Shown piece after piece: positions 26,955 through 41,684 of a DNA stretch of 64,000 nucleotides (the stretch's first letter is position 1; every line of letters starts with the position of its first letter). The notes below the pieces were generated by a model. That model saw only the letters and a list, made by a program, of their open reading frames with translations. It made no database searches and was not told the origin of the DNA. This stretch comes from Eledone cirrhosa. Taxonomy: Eukaryota. The DNA is taken from NCBI GenBank assembly GCA_964016885.1, contig OZ024740.1, forward strand, positions 275,218,001 through 275,282,000, read 5' to 3'. Position numbers and translations under genes: made by a program.

Positions 26955-27597
26955 TGTTCCGATGGATGCGTAATAGTAATATACGCGAACGACAAAGCAT
27001 AAATGAATTGAGAGAGAGACTGAGCAAAAGAGGAATCAAATGCTGTGTGCAAGGAGAGGAGGTTGCGTTGGTATGGGCATGTGATGCGTATGAGGCATGA
27101 CAGCTGCATAAAAAGGTGCAGAGCACTAGAAGTCAATGGAAACCGCGGAGTGGGGAAACCCAAGAAGACCTGGGATGAGGTGATAAAAGCTGACCTTACC
27201 CAATTACACCTCTCAAAGATGATGACACATGACCATGACCTCTGGCGTCACGCAGTAATACAGAGTACCCGACCTCCCATGGGTACAAGTTGAAGCATAT
27301 AGACAATATGCCCCCACACCCTCCCACTGCAAGGTGGTCGTGGAGGTGCCACGGCAAAAAAGCACCCAGCCCACACTGTAAAGTGGACGTGTAGGCGCCA
27401 CGAAAAAGCACCCAGCACTCACTGTAAATGAGGTTGGTGTTAGGAAGGGCATCCAGCTGTAGAAATCAAGCCAAAATCAGTTCCTGTATGAGCAAGGCAT
27501 GGTCAACCGACCAGACACTGCCACAACAGGTCAACCCGTCTAACCCATGCTAGCATGGAAGAACGGACGTAAAACGGTGATGATGATGATGATGATA
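26955..27597 (+). pseudogene. 5'-truncated RTE-2-type copy (RT C-terminus plus long 3'UTR)
   Basis: [13 protein letters not shown]...GKPKKTWDEVIKADL, then 3'UTR and (TGA)n tail; flanked by (TA)n. An inverted tail fragment lies at 26735-26895. Confidence 0.9.
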
Positions 27598-27608
27598 TAT
27601 ATATATAT

Positions 27609-27810
27609 AACAAAGGAAATGTGGTAAGGAACCAGATGGACCATAACGCACCAGAGTACTCAATACTTAGGGTTGTAGAGTTGGAAATAGGAAAAAGTAT
27701 GACCCCGACGGCAGAGCTCAAGCCGTTTCGACGGCTATTTCTGGACTAAATTTAGTCCAGATATAGCCGTCGAAACGGCTTGAGCTCTGCCGTCGGGGTC
27801 ATACTTTTTC
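27609..27810 (-). mobile_element. Family B element with a 120 bp palindrome
   Basis: 27691-27750 and 27751-27810 are complementary about CTGGACTAAATTTAGTCCAG. Confidence 0.85.
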
Positions 27811-27844
<34 letters not shown>

Positions 27845-28534
27845 GTATGTATATATATATAAATTATGTATGCAGATATATGTGAGGGTTTAGATAAATA
27901 AACTGTTTTTATAGCATGAAAAAAGAAAAGATCTCCCAAACAATCACTCACAAAGGCAAAAGAATGAAACTTAATAAAGTATACAAAAAAAAAAATAATG
28001 AGGAAAACGCATATTTATGAATCTGTGTGTCTGTGAGCACATATACTATATACGGCAACGTAAAATATCGAGAAATTGTTAGGTTGTTTAAGCTTAGCAG
28101 AAAACAACCCAGATTTGAACCAACAGATGAACTTTCAAATTCAATAATGAGATGGAAAAGGTTTGTATATATGCACAACCTTGCCATATGACCCCTACAA
28201 GGTGAGAAAAGTGAAAGTAATGTTACTTTACCTTTCAGAATGTATTTTACTTGCAGCTGTGAGCATCAGATATACAAGCATCTGCAATAGTAATTTGTGT
28301 TACATATTGAAAGTACATCATAGCAGTTATAGTTATATATGAGTGTATGTATACACACACACACACACACACACACAGATTCACACATATACATCGATAT
28401 GTGTGCCTGAGTGTATATATACTACATATATATGTGTGTGTGTATGCATGTATGTATATATATATATATACATATATGCGTGTGTGTGGGGGGGGGGGGG
28501 TCTTTAGTAGTGTACAATAAATATTATTAAACTG

Positions 28535-28922
28535 TCTGGGTTCAAATCCCGTCGAGGTTAACTTTGCCTTTCATCCTTACGGGGTCGATAAAATAAAGTA
28601 CCAGTAATGTACTGGGTAATTGCTGGCCTTGTGCCAAAGGTAGAAACAATTATTAAGGAAATATAATTGTCAGGAAAAGTGATAAAATGCTGTTTATCAC
28701 TCAGATTATAAAATATAATCTTGTTCTTCTATATTTCACAAAACCTATAAAGATTTAAGTTTAGTTGTTATTAATACTGGGTTCAAATCTTGCTGAGCTT
28801 AGCTTTGCCTTTCATTCTTTTGGGGTTGATAAAATAAAGTACCAGTAACGCACTGGAGTCAAATTAAACAACTTTCCCTTTCCCTTTAAAATGTTGGCCA
28901 TGGGCCAAAAGTAGAAGCAATT
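28535..28922 (+). mobile_element. Two 5'-truncated SINE-A copies
   Basis: 28535-28652 and 28777-28922 (long-tail variant). Confidence 0.8.
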
Positions 28923-29038
28923 AATAGGTTAGTTATAGCAGAAGTTCTCTGTGTATTTTTACATCTCTTTAAGTAGAACTGTATAAAGATCTATGTTGTG
29001 GTTAAGTCTTATTTAGTAAAACCTAAGTCAAATTTTAA

Positions 29039-29256
29039 CCCTTTAGCATTTGTGTTACTCTATATTTACTATTGTATTTTCACAATAAAGTTTTTACTTC
29101 ACATAATTATCTCACATGATATCGAATCTATGAGATTTTGATATTTATTTTGAGAACAATATCTTAACATAGGTATGTGTGGCTGGTTATGGCCGGTTTG
29201 AGTAGAATGAGGTGAGGAAATTTTGGCTGAATACAGCCATTTTAAATGCTAAAGGG
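29039..29256. mobile_element. piggyBac-type MITE
   Basis: TTAA-CCCTTTAGCATTT ... AAATGCTAAAGGG-TTAA: 13 bp TIR with TTAA target duplication. A second copy lies at 36496-36703. Confidence 0.88.
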
Positions 29257-31022
29257 TTAAGACAAAATAAAAAATAGAACCATAAATGTATTTAGTTTCT
29301 GTTATTTTGTATAAAATTTAAAAAGTCAAAATATTCATGGGACACTTAAGCTTAATTAATAATTTATTACCTATTCCTACTTTATTTTAAACCACTTTTT
29401 TATATCTCATAATCTTTTGTTATCTAGCTTTTATTCCAATGTATTCACTTTCACACCCTTTCCTTTATGCTTTATAATTCTACTGTCCCAACATTTATCA
29501 AATTGTTCTCATTAAAACAGTGTAGTTGATACTCATACATGTTTTCAATCTCCCACAATCTTGTAGAAGCTAATGTTAGTTTATGATAAGCACATTTTAC
29601 TTTCATCTCCTTTTCCATACTACCTAGTATATTGCTTTTTACATGAGAATTATGAGACCCTGCTATGGTACAGACTAAACCAAACTGACAGAGGCAGGAG
29701 GGCATTTGTTGCTTTCTGGACATCCCTGCCCCCTAAAAACACAAACATATACACATGCACATCATCACCCATATCTGATTATGTCTATCACTTGTACCCA
29801 TGGTCAATATCACTACACTTCCTACCTTTCCTAGCTGACATCTACCCACTCTTTCTTCCCTGTGATACACAACACTCACTCGCATATCATGTCATTTTTA
29901 CTGGTATTTTGTCCTGCTGTTTCCCAGCCCTCCTCTATTTAACCTCTCTATTGACTCCCTACCTGTGACTTTCACTCTCCTCCCTTCTAAACCATCACTA
30001 TGTTTCCCCTTTCACATTCTAATCATATGCTCTCCTTTATCAACTCTTGGTCATCAATGTTTAGTCACATTTGTCTTGAAAGTACAGAGAATGCATGATG
30101 TGGCAAGGTCCCCTTAGTCTTAGAGTAGACTAGACAACTTCTCTAATACTGGTGCTATGATAAAATGCACTCAGTTTTCTTAGTATCTACTTGAAAAATG
30201 GAAGACACCTTGAGTAAAATAGTCACAAATACACTGTCTAGACGAATTAAAAAAATAAAATGATCACATTTGGAATTCCTATAATCATAGATTTACTTGG
30301 TCAAGATAGACCTATGGTTAAACAACAATGACTGCATGAATTTGCATCCAAACTATATACCAGGGATGCTACATATTCTATTCAGTAACTACTGTCAGAT
30401 TTTTCTCAGCTGTAAATGACAAATTTGCAGAAATCTATAATTATAGGAGCCAAATCCTAACCAAGAAACAAACCTAGCTATGTTGAATGTATTGTTATCC
30501 AAGTACTGTATCTCGAGTTTCCAAACATGCTTTCATAATCCACTTATTTAAAAGCAAGGCTCTGAGAAAACCACAATTACATATCACATTTGTGAATAGC
30601 AGACAAAACAATTATAAAACATCATCAACAGGATTATCCTCTACATCATTTTATCTCTTGCTAATCATGAGTTGAATTGTAGATGAGGCACAATACACAT
30701 AAAATCATGTCAAACCTATGTATCCCTTCTAGTTGTTAAATACTCTGTCTGCAAAACTTGCTTTGTAAACATTAACTTTTCTGGTTATTTAAAAAAAGTT
30801 CAATCAGCAAGTTAGCATTTATCAGGAAAAACAATCTGTAGGAAGATATCCTTTTTTAAAGGACACCTTAAAGAATTCCGTCCAGCTATGAAATATACAC
30901 ATCACTACATTGGAGTACAGTAATGAAAAATAAATTTTGGCAATCAGTAAACCAAAAATAGTATGATTTTAATTCTAGGTTAAGCAAAATATCCAGAAAC
31001 TTTACTTTTCACACACACACAC

Positions 31023-31060
<38 letters not shown>

Positions 31061-31189
31061 CAACATGGATTCAGTAAGAAACTAGTTAAACGATTACTCA
31101 CCAGAGTACTCGATACTTGTTGTAGTAGAGTATGGCTATATGAATGAGTCAGGACACCAACGGCTGAGTTCTTGCCACTTCATATATAT

Positions 31190-31689
31190 CAGTGCTTACA
31201 TGGACCTCTCAAAATTCGTTGGATTTTCTAATTGGATTTTCACCCTGAAACGGGGTACACCTGAACTTCCACCAGGAAATCTTTTGTATCATTGACATTT
31301 TTTTGCTTCTAGCATTTAAATATTCCACGACTCTCTACCACTTGTCCTCTACTACAATCTTCTTACATCACCTTCTTCTCACCCGTCTATTTTTTACTCC
31401 CACCCTAGTACCTTCAGCATGTCCAATTTCAAATCTTTTCTCCGCCAGCTCCATTCTACTCTCAAGCGCTTCCTCCAACCTCTCCCCCCTCTATGATTGT
31501 TATCTAAAGACAGTTTTTCCAATTCCAACCCGCCTGTCCACTCAATCTATCTTATTTCTCATTCTTTCTTCTGATGAAGGACAAGCGTCCAAAACGTTAA
31601 GACCCTATTCCTGCTATATCAAGCGTTAACCTAATATATCCCTTCCATATACTCTACCGACTGTCGTTATTTCTGTTTACCGTTTACAT

Positions 31690-31690
<1 letters not shown>
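31190..31690 (+). mobile_element. Family C PLE-derived element with minimal HHR motif at 31567-31602
   Basis: TCTT CTGATGA A GGAC-AAGC-GTCC AAAA CG T T AAGA; the 3' end abuts (TA)n. Confidence 0.75.
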
Positions 31691-31741
<51 letters not shown>

Positions 31742-33620
31742 GGAAATAACTCAAAGAGGACAATGTCAGGAATTTTGATAATTCGGATAAAAGGTGATAT
31801 ACTGAATGTTGTATACAATAAATTCATAATTTATTGAAATTTCCTTCCAAGAAAGAAACCAAATATTTAGTGGTTATTGTTAGCGATTCTTTAACACTTG
31901 GGAGATAATTTCATGAAATTAATAGTAAGGTTCTCATGTTTATTTATATATTTAGTGAAATGACTGTCTGACATTAGTTTGCATGCCAACTATAGACATA
32001 ATGTTTTTGTTTATTTGACCTTGTCAGCATAGCACATAATATCATTGAGGAAGAGTTACATATATGTGTGTCTAAGAATTTTTTACATACTTAAAAATAA
32101 AAAGAGCTTAAAGAAAAAACACAATGGCCATCAATGATATTAATTTGGATAATCAATTTAAAGTGTTATGTACTGAAAGCTATATACAATAAGTTCTTAC
32201 TTTGTTGAAATATCTCTCTAAGTTTCAGAAAGACAAAACTTTAGTGCATGGATTATTATTTTAATATATCCATTGGGCAGAAAGCTGAATAGCTATGTAT
32301 TATATTAAACCATGCCCTAAACAAATCAGAAGTTTTCTTTTGTTAAAAATGAATGAAATATTTGTTATTTTTGTTGTCATGTAGTGGGTGCATGTACAAA
32401 ACTATAAAATACTTCAATTATATCAAAGGGTTATATATTGTTAATATGCATATTCATCAGCTTGTTATATTTTCTCTCATTGCCTATCACGTTAATTTCA
32501 TTCTTTTCTTTGATTGTTTGATAAATGGTAAAACATGAAACTGAGATTCACAATGTACATAATTTCAGCTAAAATGTGTAGCTAAGTCAACATCACCTTA
32601 TCAAGATGTTAAAACTTTTGGATTCTTTACATTGGTACATATCTCCTTTCTATATACACACAGACACAAACACATTCATACATGCTTATGTATAGATGCA
32701 CTCACTAGTAAGCACATGCATATATATATCAGACATGTAGTTTTGCATGCTGTCATGAATTAAACAAGTCTTGTAGTATCTTGCCCATTGCTGGAGCCCT
32801 TCATCTCACCTCCCACCTCAGATATTCATTACATGACCAACCATAGTCTTCATTATATGTTACTACTTAAAGCATGGACAGTGTAGATTTTATCATGTTA
32901 AACACTAACAGAAAAGTTACCTGTTACGTGGACTTAACATTCTTCTCTATTTCAGAGTGTCAGTTGAATAGCATACAAGCATAAGGCTATCAATGGCAGG
33001 TCAATGCAGTTCTATGTTATGTAAGATATTTAGACACCAGTCTAAACGTATTCAAGCTAATACATTTATGTTAACTAGGTCTATATTGTCAGAAATAATG
33101 TTGAGGAGGGTGAGTTTTCTGTCTTATATTAACTTACTGGCATGCATTTATTGCCATCTCTTGTTTGAGTAAAGGTGATATGATCAGAAAAAGAAAAAAG
33201 GAGTGAAAGAATATATATATAAATATACATATTTTCTCTATCTGAGATCCTTATATTGTCTATGCCTTCTGATCACAGCCCTTTCAATATTGATCTATTA
33301 GCTGCTACTCTGAAGATACATAGTATTTTACTTTTTAAAACAGGTGAGCTTTGGTGTCATTCTGCCTCACAGTTTCATTGGACTCATACCAGTATGAAAC
33401 AATCAATGTAAAATTGATGGTCATGCTACCACAAGCCAATCTGTAGACATTTGTGTACATGTCATAAAATAGCTTATAAATAAGTTATACACCTACATGG
33501 TTGTTCATGGTTCTGCATGATAAATTTAACATGTTAGAGATACACAGTACCTATCACAGACACTCACACACTCATACAAATACTATGACAGAGTGTTTGA
33601 AAGCATCTGGAACAATTGTA

Positions 33621-33710
33621 CATCATCATCATCATCATCATTTTACGTCCGCTTTTCCCTGATTGCAAGGGTGAGACGGGTCCTATTCAGCACAGCATCT
33701 CTCCACTTGT
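33621..33710 (-). mobile_element. RTE-1 extreme 3' end
   Basis: Reverse complement of the sequence at 16760-16846. Confidence 0.8.
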
Positions 33711-34024
33711 ACAATAAAAGCACCCAGTAGGCTCTGTAAGCTGGTTGTTGATACCTTCCTTGGTTTAGTTTGATGACAAAATGCACTCAGTAAAGTACAG
33801 GAATATGCTTGAGTTCAGAAGACCATCCAACCTTTGCTAGCAAGGAAAACAAAGGTTCATTGATGATGTACCTAAAAACTTGAAGAAAAGTTATTGTTGC
33901 TTTCTCTTGAGAAAGACTTGAAATAACACTGTAAACTACTAGAACAGTTATTACATATTTAATGCTATTATTCATTGGAATGGATAGTTTTGCCTACCCA
34001 TAGTACCTAAGTAGTAAAGGTACC

Positions 34025-34220
34025 TGGCTAAGGGGTTAGGGAATTGGATTGAAAATCGTGGGGTTGTGATTTCAATTTCAGGACCAAGTGATGTGTTATG
34101 TCTTTGAGCAAGACAATTTATTTCACATTGCACCTTCTGCCTAGAGTTGCAGCCAGTAGATATTATCAGCAATTGGAAACGCCAATAGAAACATTGTTTC
34201 CTTGGTCTGATCTGATGAGT
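34025..34220 (+). mobile_element. Degenerate CORE-type SINE
   Basis: TGGCTAAGGGGTTAG head, CTTTGAGCAAGACAATTTATTTCACATTG core, and a tail shared with 1225-1430. Confidence 0.65.
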
Positions 34221-35048
34221 TCCACCCAACTAAGTAAGTAAATTAGGTTTGGGAATTTTTCAATCTTTTCCTTTAGAACTTTGTTCAAGTGTGTCACATA
34301 CGTTACACATGGTCACTATACAGTAGTTCTGGCTTGATATGAGATATCACACCATCCCTGATGAGTCTCATCACCATTACTTGACTACGTTTTAATTATC
34401 TTTTTATTAATACATATATGTGAGAGTGTGTATACTTGCATACTTGTATTATATATATATATATACATGCATACATATATACGCATACACACACAAAAGA
34501 TGATGTTTATAGTGTTATAAAATTCTAAATTGATTATAAATTAATTTCGCATATCTTAATATACAAACAAACATATATTAGCGTATATATTCCACACACA
34601 CACACACACGTATGCAAGCCTGGTTAAGTTTATGGTAAATACGCCATAACAGGAGTGTATGTGTGTGTGTGTGTGTGCATGGAGGGGGTGTATATATATT
34701 CGCATAAATTATGTTTGTGTAAGTGTGGCTATATATTTGCCTGCTCATATATAATATACCTGTGGCTGTTAAAGACATTACTAACTACATAATGAATTTC
34801 ATAACTGTGTAACAGCTGAAGCCTGACATGTCTCTCACTCTTTTCTCTTTCCTCTTTGCCTCTTTCATCATTCCTCCCCCTCCCCTCCCCCCCCCCTCTC
34901 TCTCTCTTGATTTCTCTGCCTCTTAAACACATTCACCCACAAATATTTGTATATACATACCTACATACATGTGTGTGTGTGCCTATACATACCTACATAC
35001 ATGTGTGTGTGCCTATACATACCTACATACATGTGTGTGTGCCTATAC

Positions 35049-35082
<34 letters not shown>

Positions 35083-35689
35083 ATACAAATGCATATATAT
35101 ATGTGTGTGTGTATATATATGTATATATATATGTGTGTGTGTATATATATGTATATATATATATATATATACACACAAACACACACACATATGCATACAT
35201 ACACACCCACACATGCACAAACACTCATGTGCATACACATCTTTATCAGTATTTTACTTTCGATGTATACATACATGTATACTTACACATATATATGTAA
35301 TTGCACAGAAACACACACACATGTAGTAACACACATAAACACACACATATACATGCACATATATACAAACACATACTAACATAATAAAGCCATGCCATGA
35401 TGAGCACAGGAAAAGCCAGAAACCTACCGGAAGCTTGTTTGGCAAATCATCAAACCCAATGAAACAGACCTGCTTAGAAATAAGCTCAACTGGCGCTTTA
35501 CTGTCATAATGACAAGTCTTTGATGGATATTACAGGTCTCTTATGTTCTAACTCATATCATCTGTCATTCAAAAGATTTTTGCTCTGCTAGGAGGTGAGG
35601 GTGTGGTTTGAAATCAATGCTCTGTGGCAGGATGGTTGGTTAGTTGTTGGATGGATGGTTGGTTGCTTGGTTGATGTCTTTTTGGTATG

Positions 35690-36030
35690 TAGGCAGAGAG
35701 ATACATGGTTAGATATACATAGAATTTGATAGTTAGGTAGATAAATATATTGAATATAACTATAGAACACTATAATGCTAGATAAATGAATAGATATGTA
35801 TTTAGGCAGAGAGATACATGGTTAGATATACATAGAATTTGATAGTTAGGTAGATAAATATATTGGATATAACTATAGAACACTATAATGCTAGATAAAT
35901 GAATAGATATGTATTTAGGCAGAGAGATACATGGTTAGATATACATAGAATTTGATAGTTAGGTAGATAAATATATTGGATATAACTATAGAACACTATA
36001 ATGCTAGATAAATGAATAGATATGTATTTA
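35690..36030. repeat. 113 bp tandem repeat x3, nearly identical units
   Basis: AGGCAGAGAGATACATGG begins at 35691, 35804 and 35917. Confidence 0.93.
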
Positions 36031-36495
36031 AATTGGTAGATTGATACGTAGTTGGATAAAGAGTGTGAGGTGGACTACTAAGTGAATGAAAAATATAGAT
36101 AATTATGAAGCAGTATAGGTAAATATATAGATACAGACCAATAATTTGACTGTTCTTGTATCTGTATATATATGTGTGTGTGTGTTTGTGTATATGTGTG
36201 TCTGTGTTGGCATGTATGTGTGTGGTTGATTTAAAAACAAGAGAAAAAGGTACTCAAATCATGTACCAGATTTTATTTACTTATTTGGGCAATTCTAACT
36301 ATTTAGCCATCCATCCAGCTATCTATATACATATATTCATACATTCATTAATACATGCACACATGACTATATACATATGCACACTAGCAAAGTGTTGGGC
36401 TTTTTGATAGATCATCAGTTGTCACATGTTTTGGTTATTTTCCAATGATTCCCACTTCTACACATTTATATCAAACTTTTTAAAATTTCATTTAA

Positions 36496-36703
36496 CACTT
36501 TAGCATTGACTTTACTCTATATTTACTATTATATTTTCATGGGAAAGGTTTTATCTCACATAATATCGAATCTATGAGATTTTGATGAAATTTATTTTGA
36601 GAACAATACCTTAATATCAGTATGAGTGACCGGTTACAGCCAGTTAAATCAGAAATAGGCTTGAGAATTCTGGCTGGAAATAGCCAGTTTAAATGCTAAA
36701 GGG
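36496..36703. mobile_element. piggyBac-type MITE, second copy
   Basis: TTAA-CACTTTAGCATT ... AAATGCTAAAGGG-TTAA, with internal similarity to 29039-29256. Confidence 0.85.
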
Positions 36704-36822
36704 TTAAGTACACACTTAATCAACCTTCACTGTCATCCATATATGCACTTAACTTAATTCAGTTGGTAGTAAAACTGACCTTTGGGTAACTGGCCATTCA
36801 CACATCCAATATTACATTTGAT

Positions 36823-37140
36823 TTTCTGAGTTCAAATCCCGCCGAGGTTTACTTTGCCTTTCATCCTTACGGGGTCGATAAAATAAAGTACCAGTAATGC
36901 ACTGGGTAATTGCTGGCCTTGTGCCAAAAGTAGAAACAATTATTAAATTAATGTGGATTGGCAGTATCGGTAGAGGGTTGGACACCATGCTTTGCAGCAT
37001 AGAGTTACGGCCCTTTATGATCTGGGTTCAAATCCCGCCGAGGTTAACTTTGCCTTTCATCCTTACGGGGGTCGATAAAATAAAGTACCAGTAATGTACT
37101 GTGTAATTGCTGGCCTTGTGCCTAAAGTAGAAACAATTAT
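36823..37140 (+). mobile_element. Tandem SINE-A copies
   Basis: 36823-36943 (truncated) and 36953-37140. Confidence 0.88.
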
Positions 37141-37184
37141 CATTAATGTTCGATATAACTCATATGGGCATATGTATATATGTG

Positions 37185-37266
<82 letters not shown>

Positions 37267-37301
37267 TATATTTATATATATATATATATATATATACAGT
37301 A

Positions 37302-37336
<35 letters not shown>

Positions 37337-37343
<7 letters not shown>

Positions 37344-38107
37344 CAAATAACGAAACGAAATTAAATTTCGTTTCGTTTGTAACTCACTTTTGTATGACTG
37401 ACGCTTAAACAATTAAGTTAAAAATGTACATCCACATATGTATACTGAAATACTAGTATGCATATGAATACACACACGTATACATATGTAGATGTACCGA
37501 GTTTTTCACTGGTCACTTTACTGTGAGTGTCCAGCTATTCTGTATGTAAACACACAGACAAACCGGTTTTTAGAGTCATACTGGTTTTTGAGAAAACACC
37601 TTTCCTCTATTCTACAGAAAGCCAGACAAGGAATATTGAACTAGTTTCGTTGTTGTTACAACTCATCAGCAATATTTACCTATCTTCCGGCCTTTCTAGA
37701 GAATCGTAAAAGCACATATCGTTATATGCTTTTTCTATGAAAATTAGTAGTGGGCAGACTAATTTGCATAGAGCGTGAGTACGTACCGGTTCAACGGAGA
37801 CGATAAAAACAAATAACGAAACGAAATTAAATTTCGTTTCGTTTGTAACTCACTTTTGTATAACTGACGCTTAAACAATTAAGTTAAAAATGTACATCCA
37901 CATATGTATACTGAAATACTAGTATGCATATGAATACACACACGTATACAAAAACCGGTTTGTCTGTGTGTTTACATACAGAATAGCTGGACACTCACAG
38001 TAAAGTGACCAGTGAAAAACTCGGTACATCTACATATGTATACGTGTGTGTATTCATATGCATACTAGTATTTCAGTATACATATGTGGATGTACATTTT
38101 TAACTTA

Positions 38108-38112
<5 letters not shown>
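37337..38112 (-). mobile_element. Retrozyme-like or non-autonomous PLE element: 466 nt monomer x1.3 plus an inverted segment
   Basis: Direct repeat 37337-37484 = 37803-37950. Segment 37950-38112 is the reverse complement of 37409-37571. There is (TA)n on both sides, an internal HHR and no meaningful ORF. Confidence 0.82.
37632..37676 (-). ncRNA. Canonical minimal type I hammerhead ribozyme
   Basis: Minus strand reads AATATTG CTGATGA GTTGT-AACA-ACAAC GAAA CTAG T T CAATATT: 7 bp helix I, perfect core, 5 bp helix II, palindromic ACUAGU helix III and a GUU site. Confidence 0.88.
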
Positions 38113-38143
<31 letters not shown>

Positions 38144-38536
38144 GAAGGAGGTGTAGTAAGGAACCAGGTGGACCATAACCCACCAGAGTACTCAATACTT
38201 AGGGTATATATATATATGTGTGTGTACATGTGCATACTTACATTTATATATCAGCTGTGCTAAGGTGAGAAATAAAATTCTAATTATATATATATATATA
38301 TATATACACTTTTTTTTAGTTATGTAATAAACAACATAAGATAATTATTTCATTTACCAGTGGTTTCTTGAAAGCAAACATATTTGCTTTCAGTCATCAA
38401 AATGAAAAAATCCTGGTGTTTTTATTGAATGTGGATTGGAAAAACAAAAATGTAAGGAATATGAAAGTGAGGCTGGAAGAAGAAGAAAAGGAGAAAAGAA
38501 AAATAAATATATAAGTATAAAAACACACACGCACAC

Positions 38537-38586
<50 letters not shown>

Positions 38587-38588
<2 letters not shown>

Positions 38589-38808
38589 CGAAGGAAAAGT
38601 GGTAAGGAACCAGGTGGACCATAACACACCAAAGTACTCAATACTTAGGGTAGTAGAGTGGGTAATAGGAACAAGTAAGACCCGGACGGCTGAGCTCAAG
38701 CCGTTTCGACGGCTAATTCTGGACTCAGTCCAGAATTAGCCTGGACTCAGTCCAGAATTACCCGTCGAAACGGCTTCAGCTCAGCCGTCGGGATCTTACT
38801 GGTTCCTA
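38587..38808 (-). mobile_element. Family B palindrome with a small duplication at the centre
   Basis: Arms flank CTGGACTCAGTCCAGAATTAGC-CTGGACTCAGTCCAGAATTA. Confidence 0.85.
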
Positions 38809-39970
<1,162 letters not shown>

Positions 39971-39971
<1 letters not shown>

Positions 39972-40795
39972 AAAGTTCTGTTTAAATTGTTGGGATACAA
40001 CAAGCAAATATTTATAACTGATATAAAGCACTCAACAAGTATTTGGAGTAAACATACGATATTAACAAATGGAAACTATATTTATAAAACCATATTTATT
40101 TTATTATACACATTTCAAGGACACCACGTTAAATTATGGTGTGCTTTCATCAGACAAAATACAATATAGATCAGTTTTATAAATAAATATTGACATACCC
40201 TTAAAAAATGCAACCATTACTGTTGGAAGCTCCCGGGTAGTGGAGTTGTTTACTTATATTATTATTAGTATTGGATAATTTTATTTTTAAAATAAGTCGT
40301 TGGGTTACAGAGAAAGAAAAACATTTCTAATTTTATTTATTTTATTTATTCATTTCATCTCAATTGTTAAGTTAACTCAACAAGATATGACTTAGTGTTT
40401 TCGTTCTCTCCCCTTCTCTCAGTCTCCTCCCTATCTCTATATTTTTCTCTTTCTGTTGTTTTGGTATCTCTCTCTCTTTTCTCTCTCTTTTTTCTTTTCT
40501 TTCTTTCTCTCTTTTTCTCTCTCTCCTTTTTCTTTCTCTGTAACCCAACGACTTATTTTAAAAATAAAAATATCCAATACTAATAATAATATAAGTAAAC
40601 AACTCCACTATCCGGGAGCTTCCAACAGTAATGGTTGCATTTTTTAAGGGTATGTCAATATTTATTTATAAAACTGATCTATATTGTATTTTGTCCGATG
40701 AAAGCACGCCATAATTTAACGTGGTGTCCTTAGAATATGTATAATAAAATAGATATAGTTTTATAAATATAGTTTCCATTTGTTAATATCGTATA
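39971..40795. mobile_element. Family A fold-back element
   Basis: Arms about 40053-40316 and 40535-40795, with a pyrimidine-rich spacer and an HHR-like motif in each arm. Confidence 0.85.
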
Positions 40796-41684
40796 TATAT
40801 ATAGCAAAATTCTTTATCTCAAAACGTGTGTTGAAACCGATATTGTTATGCTTTGGGAGGGTCATGTTGCCAATAAGAAACACACGCACCAGTTGTTTCA
40901 CTTCAATTTATTAAAAATTAAATTTATAAATTTAGGAATTTATAAATTTCCGGTTGGTTGGTTGGTTCCACAACCAGACGACTGTTCATATATTGTCAAA
41001 GTTCTTTCGTCACACATTCTGTGACCTCTTCAGTGACTGGGGATTCTTTTCTTTGTTTTTGTGCCTCTCCTTTGTTCTGTCCTACGCCATCTTGTTTTTG
41101 TGTGTGTTGTGTGTTTAGTTTGCTCATGTGTTACATCCGGGTGTCTGTGTGTGTTTATATTTGTTTATTTACATGTTACTGTTTGGTTGTTTGTTCTATG
41201 TGTGTGTGTGTTTTCATTTTGTCCTTAATTGTAAGTTGTGATGTTGCTATTCCATTCATATTTTCTATTTTTTCTATTTAATTTTGGTTGGAGTTCATTT
41301 ATGTTTATTGTGAGTTGTCTAAACATTGCGTCTTTTCTGTGTGTAGATTCTATTTTTATTTCTATGTTCTCTAATTTACCCTTATATTCTATTTTAGCAT
41401 GTTGGTGGAGTACAGATGATTCTTTACTATCTTGAAGCTCTCGCCAGTGTTCATTTATCCGTTCTCCTATACTACGAGCTGTCTCACCTATGTACACTAT
41501 ATTCTTATCTCTACATTGTTCTTCAGTACATCTCATGCTATATGCTACATTTCTAGTTTTACAGTTAATAAGGGGGCTTACAGATTATACATTTCTATAA
41601 AATTTGCTCCTATACAAGGGGTAGGTCCCATTTGTATCATTATTTACCATTTTTTCCCATACTGATTGCGGATTTGGTACGGGT

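Noticed and set aside
28083-28282. Possible small host exons (28083-28160 on +, 28232-28281 on -)
   Set aside because: Short AG..GT-bounded open frames are expected by chance, and there is no recognisable protein or partner exons.
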